DNA of 64,000 nt, taken from positions 1 through 64,000 of the forward strand of contig JBEIJY010000004.1 in NCBI GenBank assembly GCA_040380025.1, given 5' to 3'. This DNA comes from Bdellovibrionales bacterium. GTDB taxonomy: Bacteria > Bdellovibrionota > UBA1018 > CAIMNF01. The translations under genes and the position numbers were made by a program. The notes under the pieces were generated by a model that saw nothing but the letters and a program-made list of their open reading frames with translations, was not told the origin of the DNA and did not search any database. This document shows positions 29,039 through 37,384 of this stretch, one piece after another (within the stretch, counting starts at the first letter, position 1; the number at the start of each line of letters is the position of its first letter).

Positions 29039-30998
29039 GGGTTTCTCCTTCGGTTTCGATCCATCGTTCGATTTCGGCAAGCTCCTGCCCCACCGATACT
29101 TCATCCTCGGCACGGACCTTGAGTTTCCGGATCTTCACCGGGACCGGTAATCGGTGCGAGATCAGTCGTTGTTGGGAATCAAGAATCAGAACCGTTTGCT
29201 TGGCCGGCACCACCGAACCCTCGCGAAAGAACACCGAGTGCACGCGCCCGCCGGTGAGCGACATCAGCTGGAGGGGCTTTCCTTTTTCGGATCGACGGAT
29301 CGAGAAGAACCAGTTCTGGAGCCGGATCACGTAGCGCCGGTCGTGAATGGGATACACGCAAATGCGCTCGATCTTTCCGGATTCATTCTGGAAGAACCCC
29401 TTCACTCCCTTCAGGAATCCGCCCCAGAATTCCACCCGCTGGGTCCAGGCGAGCTTCTTCTCGGGGGGAGGGAGCTTTTGATTCATCCATAAAAAGCTCT
29501 CGCCCTGCTTCATCATCGGAGTGATTTCGGCCAGGGCCTCGGCCATAATGTGGAACCACGCCGGATCGGGCGACTGCTTCGGGATGAACTCCTCGTCGAC
29601 AAAGCCGGTGTAGAACATCGATTCTTCGACCCAGGGATGCGAGAGAAGCTCGAACAGGAAGCGCTCGTTCGTCTGAATGCTTCCTGAAATCCACACCTCG
29701 CTCAGGATCTTGCGGGCATTCCGGAGCGCGTTCTTCCAGTCCGCGGCGAAGAGGGTGATCTGCCCGAGGGAGCCGCTCGATCTCCAGTCGACATTCTGCC
29801 CCGGCACCACATCCCAGATGAGCGAACCTTCGAGATTCGACTCATTCCATTCGGTCTTGAACGATACTTCATGGACCGTTCCCGGGTGCGGAATCTTGAG
29901 CCAGGTATCCTCGGTGAAAAGCTTGAGATTGATCCCGCACCGCCCGGGGGATTCCTCCGCGGGAACCGCGGTTCCGGGCTTCCATTTGCCGAGGAGCGCA
30001 GGTGCGAGCGTGTGGATCTGCCAGCCCACCGCCTTCGTGCCCGCAACGCTCTCCCAGAGATGGTAGCCGAAATTGAGGCGGCCGAGCGCCTCGGCAAAAT
30101 AGGCATCGACCCCGTTGCAGAAAAACACGAGATTCCCCACCCCGACAAAATCGGCGGCATCAAGAAACATTCGCGAATAGAGCTCGATTTTTCCGCGGGT
30201 CTCGTCATCGAGGGTCTGCGCGGGACAGACCTCGACCCAGTTCCGGCCCTCGAACATGAGCGACCCGTCGATGACCGGAAAAAACTCGATCTTTCCGTCT
30301 TTGGTGCGGGCGAAGGGCTGGACGTAGCAGCGCGAGCTCTCGAGGAATCGCTCAAAAAACAACAGAGCCGCCCCGCAGGAATCCTGGATCTGGTTCATCC
30401 ACACCGGAACCCATTCATCGAGATCCTCGAGCGACTTCAGGGGACGGCTGGAACAGCCGCCACGCACCCGATACGAGCTCTTCAGAACGAGCGGGAAGGT
30501 GGCCTGCCCCCGCTCGGCGAGTTTTCGCACGGTCAGCTCGATCTCGCGAACGGAGGTGACCGGCTCGTCCGACACCACCAAGGTGGGAACGCCGACATTT
30601 TGCGCAAGAGTGAGCGCTTGGTGCATGTTCCAGAAGAGTTGGAGATTTTTCGCCGAAGAGGAAATCGTGTACAGCCCCGACTGCCGCGCCCATCCTTCGA
30701 GCTCGGGGCGTTCGCCCCAGATCGTGACTCCGGGATGCACCCACAGATGGTCGTAGGGCTCGACCTCGTCGAGCTGTTTGAAGCGACGAAAAATCGTGCG
30801 AAAACGCACGGAGGCGTCGAGATCGGTGACATGCGGGAGCGCGCACAGATTCGCATCGAGCCCGAGCTCGCTCACCAAAAGAGTATAAAAGCCGAGAGAG
30901 ATGAGATCATCCCGGACCTGGAGTGCGAGCGCCCCCTCCCCGAGAACGAGAATCGCGGGTGGCCGGGGGGCTGTGGAGTCGGCTAAACCCAGTTTCAT
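29031..30998 (-). CDS. Degenerate biotin carboxylase-biotinyl carrier fusion (acyl-CoA carboxylase alpha-like)
   Basis: Colinear with the BC fold (HPG, FPLVLK, FERFLE, EVCPA, IQTN..FL..LL.HP) and has a C-terminal lipoyl-like domain, but key residues are replaced. Confidence 0.8.
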   Translation of the reverse strand: MKLGLADSTAPRPPAILVLGEGALALQVRDDLISLGFYTLLVSELGLDANLCALPHVTDLDASVRFRTIFRRFKQLDEVEPYDHLWVHPGVTIWGERPELEGWARQSGLYTISSSAKNLQLFWNMHQALTLAQNVGVPTLVVSDEPVTSVREIELTVRKLAERGQATFPLVLKSSYRVRGGCSSRPLKSLEDLDEWVPVWMNQIQDSCGAALLFFERFLESSRCYVQPFARTKDGKIEFFPVIDGSLMFEGRNWVEVCPAQTLDDETRGKIELYSRMFLDAADFVGVGNLVFFCNGVDAYFAEALGRLNFGYHLWESVAGTKAVGWQIHTLAPALLGKWKPGTAVPAEESPGRCGINLKLFTEDTWLKIPHPGTVHEVSFKTEWNESNLEGSLIWDVVPGQNVDWRSSGSLGQITLFAADWKNALRNARKILSEVWISGSIQTNERFLFELLSHPWVEESMFYTGFVDEEFIPKQSPDPAWFHIMAEALAEITPMMKQGESFLWMNQKLPPPEKKLAWTQRVEFWGGFLKGVKGFFQNESGKIERICVYPIHDRRYVIRLQNWFFSIRRSEKGKPLQLMSLTGGRVHSVFFREGSVVPAKQTVLILDSQQRLISHRLPVPVKIRKLKVRAEDEVSVGQELAEIERWIETEGETHG

Positions 30999-31073
30999 AA
31001 GAAGGTCAGCCTACCGTAAAGGGCCGAAGCATGGCGAGGATTATCAAAAAAAGACCGCGATCAATTTCTTGGA

Positions 31074-32399
31074 TTGAATTCCGGACAACTCTGGACTCCC
31101 TTCCCGGCATCCGCTAGGGTGCCCCTTGCAAAGGAAATTCAAACCATGCGTGTGCCCGTTCCCTTGGTGAACGCCTTCAAAGAGGAGTTCGAACCCCTGC
31201 TTTCCGCGTTCCTCGAACAGGAAAAACTTCTTCCGGAAGGCGAGACCCTCCATTCCAAGCGTTGGATGACCCGCTCGGTGGCTCCGCACGTGAAGGCCCT
31301 GTCCTCGCTCTTCAACCGGATCGAGGGTGAGCAAACCGATGCGATCGACGAGGAAACCTACTGGACCGGGAGCGGGAGCCCCAAAAACCGCAGACTCGCG
31401 TATTTTCTTTCGTTCATGCCGCCGAATCTTTTTCGGGTCGCTTCGATCTGGTCGGAACTCCATCGGCTGGGATTCCGATGGCCGTTTTCGAAAGAAGAAG
31501 GATTTCGGGGAATCGAATGGGGCGCAGGTGTCGCCTCGGGCGCGTGCGGGGTGATCGCGGGCGAGCGCCATGCACCGCTCGGAATGCCCGAGCAGGGAAA
31601 TTTCGCGCTGATCGAGCAGAGCAAGGCAGCTCTCCAGCTCGGGTCGCGCTGGTTCGAGCATTTTTCGGGGCCAACCATCCAGGCACGGCCCTTTCATCGG
31701 CGCATTGATCTCTCGTCTTCGTGGCTGCCGTCCGCGGCGCCGAAATTCCACGTGTTCGTGTTCAGCTACTTTTTGAATGAGAGCGATGTTCCGGCGGCGA
31801 CGCTGGTCGAGCGTTTTTTGCAAACCTGCGAGAATCATCTCGAAGACGAAGGCTTGGTACTGATCTCGGAACCGGCGCTCCGGCTTCAATCCCGAAAACT
31901 CCTCGAGTTCCGGAAGGCCCTGCTCGAGCACCCCGACATGATGAGCGGACGCGCAGGCATGAAGGTCCTTCTGCCCTGTCTGGGCCATCAGTCTTGCGGG
32001 GCGCTCGCCCGCGAGGATGACTGGTGCCACGAGGAAGTCTCGTGGTGGCGACCGCCGTACCTGCGAGAGCTTGACTCGATGACGGGCCTGGACCGGAAGA
32101 GCCTTCCCTTCAGTTATCTGGTTTTGCAAAAAACACGAAAGCCTCTCGAAGAGGTGCTCCCGGCCCTCCAGGGGGCACCAAAGGACCGATACCGCCTCGT
32201 GAGCCCATCCCACTCTCTCAGCAAACGGACCTCGGAGTTTTTTGTCTGCGGCCAAGAGGGAAAACGGAGAGCGCGCATGGACTTGAGCGGCCTTCGGGAG
32301 GGGGAGGGAGCTCCGGACCGGGGATCGATCCTCGAGAACACGAAAATCCACGGGGATCCGGCACTTTCGCAGATCACGAGCGCCTCGGTCCTCGAGTGA
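31074..32399 (+). CDS. Rsm22/METTL17-family methyltransferase-like protein (start uncertain)
   Basis: EWGAGVASG, SYFLNE, LISEP, PCLGHQSC..WCH and FSYLVL. Confidence 0.75.
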   Translation: MNSGQLWTPFPASARVPLAKEIQTMRVPVPLVNAFKEEFEPLLSAFLEQEKLLPEGETLHSKRWMTRSVAPHVKALSSLFNRIEGEQTDAIDEETYWTGSGSPKNRRLAYFLSFMPPNLFRVASIWSELHRLGFRWPFSKEEGFRGIEWGAGVASGACGVIAGERHAPLGMPEQGNFALIEQSKAALQLGSRWFEHFSGPTIQARPFHRRIDLSSSWLPSAAPKFHVFVFSYFLNESDVPAATLVERFLQTCENHLEDEGLVLISEPALRLQSRKLLEFRKALLEHPDMMSGRAGMKVLLPCLGHQSCGALAREDDWCHEEVSWWRPPYLRELDSMTGLDRKSLPFSYLVLQKTRKPLEEVLPALQGAPKDRYRLVSPSHSLSKRTSEFFVCGQEGKRRARMDLSGLREGEGAPDRGSILENTKIHGDPALSQITSASVLE

Positions 32400-32467
32400 T
32401 CCTCCCGATTGACGCGGGGCCGACTTCAGGGTAAATGAGAGTGGATTGATTTCGGAAAGGATTCATC

Positions 32468-32725
32468 ATGTTTGGCATTTCATTTGAGCACATTGTGATC
32501 ATCGGCGTGGTTCTGCTGTTGTTTGGTCCCCGACGCCTCCCCGAGCTCGGCCACACCATGGGAAAAGCGATCAAGAACTTCAAGGATTCGATCAATGGAA
32601 TCCAGGAGCCCTCGTACAAGCGCATCCCTGAAACCAATCCGGATTCCGCGACCGTGGCGGGTGCTTCCGTTGCAAACCCCAGCGCCGCTCCGGCGCCTGC
32701 CCCTGCCCCCGAAGCCCGTTCATGA
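32468..32725 (+). CDS. tatA: Twin-arginine translocase TatA
   Basis: LLLFGPRRLPELGHTMGKAIKNFK. Confidence 0.95.
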   Translation: MFGISFEHIVIIGVVLLLFGPRRLPELGHTMGKAIKNFKDSINGIQEPSYKRIPETNPDSATVAGASVANPSAAPAPAPAPEARS

Positions 32726-33213
32726 CCGGCAGCCTGTTCCTGAATGAATCCGGAATCCGGGAAGTCGTCCGCACCCTCGCGGAGCGGATTCGTACCGATT
32801 ATTCGGGAAAAACCTTGGTCACCGTCGGAGTCCTGAAGGGCTCCTTTTCTTTTCTTCCGGACCTGATCCGCGAGCTCCATCTGGATGTCGAGATCGACTT
32901 TGTCGGCCTCTCGGGCCACGCGCTCTTGAAGGACCTCTCGCGGAACATCACGGGAAAACACGTTTTGCTCGTCACCGACATCGTCGATACCGGCCGCTCG
33001 ATCGCGTTTCTGCGCGATCATCTTTTGCGTTCGGGGCCGGAATCGCTCGAAATCGTGACTCTCCTTGACCGCGCTCACCGCAGAAAATGCGAAGTTGCGA
33101 TACGGTACGCAGGAAGAGAGGTCGATGACCGCCACTTCTACGGCTACGGTCTCGACCTCAACGAGAAATTCCGGAACCTGCCCGAGCTCCGGGCCGTGCA
33201 GAGGGACGGATAA
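32722..33213 (+). CDS. hpt: Hypoxanthine phosphoribosyltransferase-like protein (loop-deleted)
   Basis: VLKGS, DIVDTGRS and GYGLD..EKFRNLP. Confidence 0.8.
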   Translation: MTGSLFLNESGIREVVRTLAERIRTDYSGKTLVTVGVLKGSFSFLPDLIRELHLDVEIDFVGLSGHALLKDLSRNITGKHVLLVTDIVDTGRSIAFLRDHLLRSGPESLEIVTLLDRAHRRKCEVAIRYAGREVDDRHFYGYGLDLNEKFRNLPELRAVQRDG

Positions 33214-33285
33214 TTAAACAAAAATTGTTGACACGCGGAAACGGACCGCGATAGTTCTCAAAACTATGAATCGAGGTGGCTCGCC

Positions 33286-33759
33286 ATGAAACAGTTTCTG
33301 ACCCTTTCCCTGACCCTGATCGCCGGCTTCGTTGTCGTTTCGTGCGGAAACAACCAGAACTGTCCCGCGGGACAAATCGCCCAAGGCAACACCTGCGTGG
33401 TGGCGACCGCGGGCGGATTCAACAATGGGTTCGCACAAAACGGTCCGAACGGATTTGGCAACCAATGCCCCTCGGGACAATTCCAGACCCAATACGGATG
33501 CCTGACCCAGGACACTTGCCCTCAAGGGCAGGCTTTTTTCCCTCAAAACAGGACCTGCGTGCCGATCATCCAGAATGGCGGAAACGGCGGGTATTACGGG
33601 GGGAATTACGGCGGATACTGGGGATACGGCGGTTACGGTGGATACGGCGGATTCAACTGCCCGGCGGGAATGGGCTTCAGCCGCTGGGTGAACAACTGCC
33701 TTCCGGTGGGTCCCTGCTCGTGGGGCTTGTACTTTTTTAACGGCTCATGCGTGCCTTAG
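33286..33759 (+). CDS. Cys/Gly-rich lipoprotein
   Basis: GAGG RBS, VVSC lipobox, repeated CPxG units and GGY repeats. Confidence 0.75.
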   Translation: MKQFLTLSLTLIAGFVVVSCGNNQNCPAGQIAQGNTCVVATAGGFNNGFAQNGPNGFGNQCPSGQFQTQYGCLTQDTCPQGQAFFPQNRTCVPIIQNGGNGGYYGGNYGGYWGYGGYGGYGGFNCPAGMGFSRWVNNCLPVGPCSWGLYFFNGSCVP

Positions 33760-33895
33760 GTCAAATTTTGCCTGCTTTGGGACGGAATGGGGAGTGCCAA
33801 CTTGACACGGCGCAAATAAGGCTAATCCTAACTCATTGAAATTAAAGGAAATCAATAAACCAAGACTCTGGCATGAAGCGTGAAAAGGAAAGCAC

Positions 33896-34084
33896 GTGAC
33901 CAGAGCGGCCCGGCAAAGTCCCGGAGCTCATCATGAAACTACCAGAACTCTCCGGGATCTCCCTGGGGCATGCGACCGGAGGTTTTAAGATGGCTCTTAA
34001 ACCACCGGGTAAACCCTTCCTTCTCTCCTTCAACAAGAGAGTCCAAAGCCAATTCCCCGCTTCGGGGCTTGGGCCGCCGGTCAC
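33896..34084 (+). ncRNA. Candidate 6S-like RNA (rod with central bubble)
   Basis: Nested pairings 33896-901/34079-84, 33905-11/34071-77, 33916-27/34059-70 and 33947-52/34037-42, plus terminal hairpin 33976-34008; length 189 nt. Confidence 0.45.
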
Positions 34085-34122
34085 AAAAATAAAAATCCCG
34101 GGAGGATTTCTCCCCCCGGGAT
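34085..34122 (-). terminator. Rho-independent terminator (possibly bidirectional)
   Basis: ATCCCGGG..CCCGGGAT stem at 34095-34122, followed on the minus strand by TTTTATTTTT. Confidence 0.75.
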
Positions 34123-34270
34123 CTCTGCAAAAGGGTCAAACCGATCATTCCTTCGATCAAGCTTTCGCTTCATCCATTCCATCGGACAGAACTCGACCGC
34201 AACCACACTTTGACAATTCTTGCTGTGTCGCCTCTTCCATGAAGCGGAATTATAAAACCGATTTGATTTA

Positions 34271-34298
34271 ATCGTATCGAACCATTGAGCCCTGTCAA
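34271..34298 (-). promoter_or_regulatory. Sigma70-type promoter
   Basis: TTGACA (34298-34293), 16-nt spacer, TACGAT (34276-34271). Confidence 0.55.
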
Positions 34299-34367
34299 CC
34301 GCGCGGATGAAAAAAAGAAAAAAAAGATACCCCGCTCCGCGTTCTTATATTTAGGATCAAAGATTCC

Positions 34368-35222
34368 ATGAACGCTGAAATCGCCGCCCTTTGGCCCGGA
34401 GCCTCGGAATCCCTTCTGAAAGCGCTCCACATCCTGACCCGCGAAGGAAAACTGAACGCGGACTCAAGAAGAAAGCTCAAACAAGTCCTGCACCTGACGC
34501 GACTGATCGAGCCGTTTTTGCAAACCACCCTGAAAAAACGCGGACGTTTGAACGTGGTCGATCTCGGAGCGGGAAAATCCTACTTGGGATTCATTCTGTA
34601 TGATCTGGTTTTGCGGGCCCTTCCGGAAGCATCCCTGATTGCGATCGAATCCCGCCCGGAACTGATCGAAGGGTCGAGAAAACTCGCCGAATCGGCCGGA
34701 TTCGAGCGAATGCGGTTTCTTGCCTCCGAGATCGAAGCGGTTTCGAGCAAGGACGAATCTGTCGATTTCGTGTGCACCCTGCATGCATGCGACACCGCGA
34801 CCGATGATGCCATTCTGTACGGTCTTGCGCGAAACACCCACGCCTTCGCACTGGTGCCCTGCTGTCAGGCCGAAGTGGCGCGGGAACTCGAACGCCTGAA
34901 GCGTCCGGCCCCGGGCGATGCCGCACTGGAATCGTTGTTTGCGTTTCCGATCCATCGGCGGGAGTTCGGGAGCCATTTGACGAATGTGATCCGAACGCTG
35001 TTTTTGAGCTCAAAAGGGTACCGGGTCACGGTCACCGAACTGGTGGGCTGGGAACATTCCATGAAAAACGAGCTGATTCTGGCCGAAAAGATCTCGGATG
35101 AGAATCATCCCGAGAGCCTGCGGGCCGGAGAGCGCCTCGCCGGACTGCTGATGCGATTCCCCGCGAAGATGAAATTGCTCGGAAGCTGGACTCGACCGGA
35201 AGTCCGTGATACATCCCTTTGA
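34368..35222 (+). CDS. SAM-dependent methyltransferase (Methyltransf_32-like)
   Basis: DLGAGKSYLGF, LHACDTATD, VPCCQ and EHSMKN. Confidence 0.88.
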   Translation: MNAEIAALWPGASESLLKALHILTREGKLNADSRRKLKQVLHLTRLIEPFLQTTLKKRGRLNVVDLGAGKSYLGFILYDLVLRALPEASLIAIESRPELIEGSRKLAESAGFERMRFLASEIEAVSSKDESVDFVCTLHACDTATDDAILYGLARNTHAFALVPCCQAEVARELERLKRPAPGDAALESLFAFPIHRREFGSHLTNVIRTLFLSSKGYRVTVTELVGWEHSMKNELILAEKISDENHPESLRAGERLAGLLMRFPAKMKLLGSWTRPEVRDTSL

Positions 35223-35244
35223 ACAATCTGAATTTTGCTTTCCC

Positions 35245-35334
35245 GGAGGGGTGTCCGAGTGGTTGAAGGAGCACGCTTGGAAAGCGTGTAAAGGGTCACA
35301 CCTTTCGTGGGTTCGAATCCCATCCCCTCCTCCA
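35245..35334 (+). tRNA. tRNA-Ser(GGA)
   Basis: GGAGGGG/CCCCTCC acceptor stem, CACGC-TTGGAAA-GCGTG anticodon arm, long variable arm, GTTCGAATC T-loop and encoded CCA. Confidence 0.96.
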
Positions 35335-35669
35335 TTTTATCTCGTGGCAGCGACGATTCGCTGCAAATTCTAAAAAAAACGAAACAACAACTTAGCGATG
35401 AGGGGTTGCTTAAGTTCATCCAGCAACCTCACGAGAACTCACGCCAAATCACCCCTGTTGCAATAATTTGTAGTCATTGGGTGTAGTAAGCGGGTTCAGT
35501 TAGTCCCGCCTGGCAGTGTTAATGGGGAGAGGTCAACCGCATGTCCGACATCCTTCCCCTCATTGACTGAGGGGGGGGGCTATTTGGCCCGCTCTTTGAC
35601 CGTAGCAAGCCTAACTTAGCCGCTTCTTATTGACCTTTAATTTAGGTTATATTACCCAATAATCAGGTT

Positions 35670-36020
35670 ATGATAGTAAGTGGCTTATTTGGAAATGAAA
35701 CAGCTGAGAAAGTTCTCCTCTTCATGGAGAACTACGAATCAGGCTATCCACGTCAAATCGCAATGACATTTGAGATGGGCATTAGCCAAACCCAAAACCA
35801 GCTTGAGAGACTTGAGAGGGAAGGGGTATTGGTAAGCAGGCTTGTTGGTAAGACCAGAGTTTATGAGTGGAATCCAAGGTACTCGTTTTTAATAGAACTT
35901 AGGGCGCTTTTAAAAAAGGCCATAGGGCATTTGCCGGAGCCTATATTAGATCGCTATTTTACAGAAAGGATGCGGCCAAGAAGAAGGGGTAAACCCCTTC
36001 CTAAAAAGAACCTTAAATGA
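35670..36020 (+). CDS. Winged-HTH (ArsR-like) protein
   Basis: LFGNETAEKVLL and QLERLEREGVLVSRLVGKTRVYEWNPRY. Confidence 0.8.
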   Translation: MIVSGLFGNETAEKVLLFMENYESGYPRQIAMTFEMGISQTQNQLERLEREGVLVSRLVGKTRVYEWNPRYSFLIELRALLKKAIGHLPEPILDRYFTERMRPRRRGKPLPKKNLK

Positions 36021-36079
36021 AGATCACATCCAAAACCAAAATCGAGGAAATTGCAGCTCTGGTCTGCCAGCGCCTATGA
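36017..36079 (+). pseudogene. 20-codon remnant of a partner gene
   Basis: ATGA-coupled MKITSKTKIEEIAALVCQRL, then stop. Confidence 0.45.
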
Positions 36080-36235
36080 CCTCTCCCCAAGAACACTGCC
36101 ACGGTCAAAACTCTCCTCGGCATACCAAAACCTCCTTTGGGCGGAGATATGGATACCCGACAAAGACGCTTTAAAGTGGCTCCGGTGGGAGGAAATTTTG
36201 CAGCGCCGGAGGCGCGAGGTGAATCCCATCCCACT

Positions 36236-37384
36236 TCATTTCTTTTTTTCAACCAAGAGCGACGCGAGCAAGAAACACCCCACAGCCATCTGACCCAATG
36301 TGGACGGCGCCATGCCGAACCTGAAAATCGGCGCAGAACCATAAAGAAAGAGCAAGTAAATGCCTGCCCCGAACACAATTCGCTCATGGAACAAGGATGC
36401 GGAGGACCTCATCCGATGAACAACGAATGCGGTCATCGGGATGGCCCATGCGAATGAATATGCGAATGCCAGGGGGTGGATGACTGCTCCGAACGCAAGA
36501 GCCACGGCAAAAAAAACTCTTTGATTTTGGATGCGCGACCGCAACCACCAGAGATAGCCCGCGCCCGAGATCAAAGCGGCGAGAAACGCTCCCCATCGCG
36601 CGGTCTCATTCTCAGGATTCAAACGGAACAGAAAAAGGAATGAACTGGAAAGACTCTCGCGCGCTCCGGTAAGATTTCCCGTACGAGATCCGGCGGTCTC
36701 TTTGAACATCCGGATCATTTCAAGAACGTCTCCATCGAACCCGAAGATCACGGGTAACGATAAGAGGACAAAAAGAATTCCTGTGCCCAGCACCCATCGA
36801 AACCGGAAAAACTGAATCGGGACTCCGATCAAAGAGAAAAGATTGAAGATCTTGACGCTCAAAGCTGAGATCAGAATGACCAACCCCCTCCCCTGCTTGT
36901 TTCTCAATCGATCGAACCCATGAAGAGAAAGAGCGAGAAGTACCAACTGCACCTGTCCGGACAGGATATTGAAGGTAAGAACCCCATAGGCTAAAACAAT
37001 CGCGATCAGCGGAGCCATAGCAGATCCGGTAGCGAGTGCGCACCACCTCATGACATAAACCAAAGAGGATACTTGCAACAACCGACAAACCACGTTTGAC
37101 ATCGACTCGGGGATCAACGCCAATGGAATGAAAAATGGCGCAATCCAAGGAGGATACTTGAATCCTTCGGCCTGATCGCGGGCAAACGAATAAACAGGCT
37201 CACCATCCAGCAAAAGCCGACCCGTGCGATAAAAAACCCTAAAATCCCCATCTTTTGCCAGAAATGAGTTGGCCACCATAAGCACAAAAATCACGACAAA
37301 AGCGTTCAAAAAAACAATGTCGAGGATCTTGCTCGCACGGGAAGAATCCCGACCGGAGAATCGCTGAAACAAACGAAAAATCAT
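36236..37384 (-). CDS. GT87/DUF2029-like membrane glycosyltransferase
   Basis: DFRVFY, FKYPP, NILSGQV and SVKIF; many TM segments; ATGA overlap with the pnuC stop. Confidence 0.8.
   Translation of the reverse strand: MIFRLFQRFSGRDSSRASKILDIVFLNAFVVIFVLMVANSFLAKDGDFRVFYRTGRLLLDGEPVYSFARDQAEGFKYPPWIAPFFIPLALIPESMSNVVCRLLQVSSLVYVMRWCALATGSAMAPLIAIVLAYGVLTFNILSGQVQLVLLALSLHGFDRLRNKQGRGLVILISALSVKIFNLFSLIGVPIQFFRFRWVLGTGILFVLLSLPVIFGFDGDVLEMIRMFKETAGSRTGNLTGARESLSSSFLFLFRLNPENETARWGAFLAALISGAGYLWWLRSRIQNQRVFFAVALAFGAVIHPLAFAYSFAWAIPMTAFVVHRMRSSASLFHERIVFGAGIYLLFLYGSAPIFRFGMAPSTLGQMAVGCFLLASLLVEKKK

Noticed and set aside
33860..33980. c-di-GMP-I/II or SAM-I riboswitch
   Set aside because: Only fragments match (GCAAAG, k-turn, GCAC). 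The tetraloop/receptor and pseudoknot partners were not found.
33905..34200. RNase P RNA (AAAGTCC and GACAGAAC look-alikes)
   Set aside because: No GAGGAAAGUCC, and the P4 partner CGGCUUA is missing.
35515..35570. Imperfect hairpin downstream of the tRNA as an ncRNA
   Set aside because: Weak, bulged pairing with no recognisable family or clear transcription signals.
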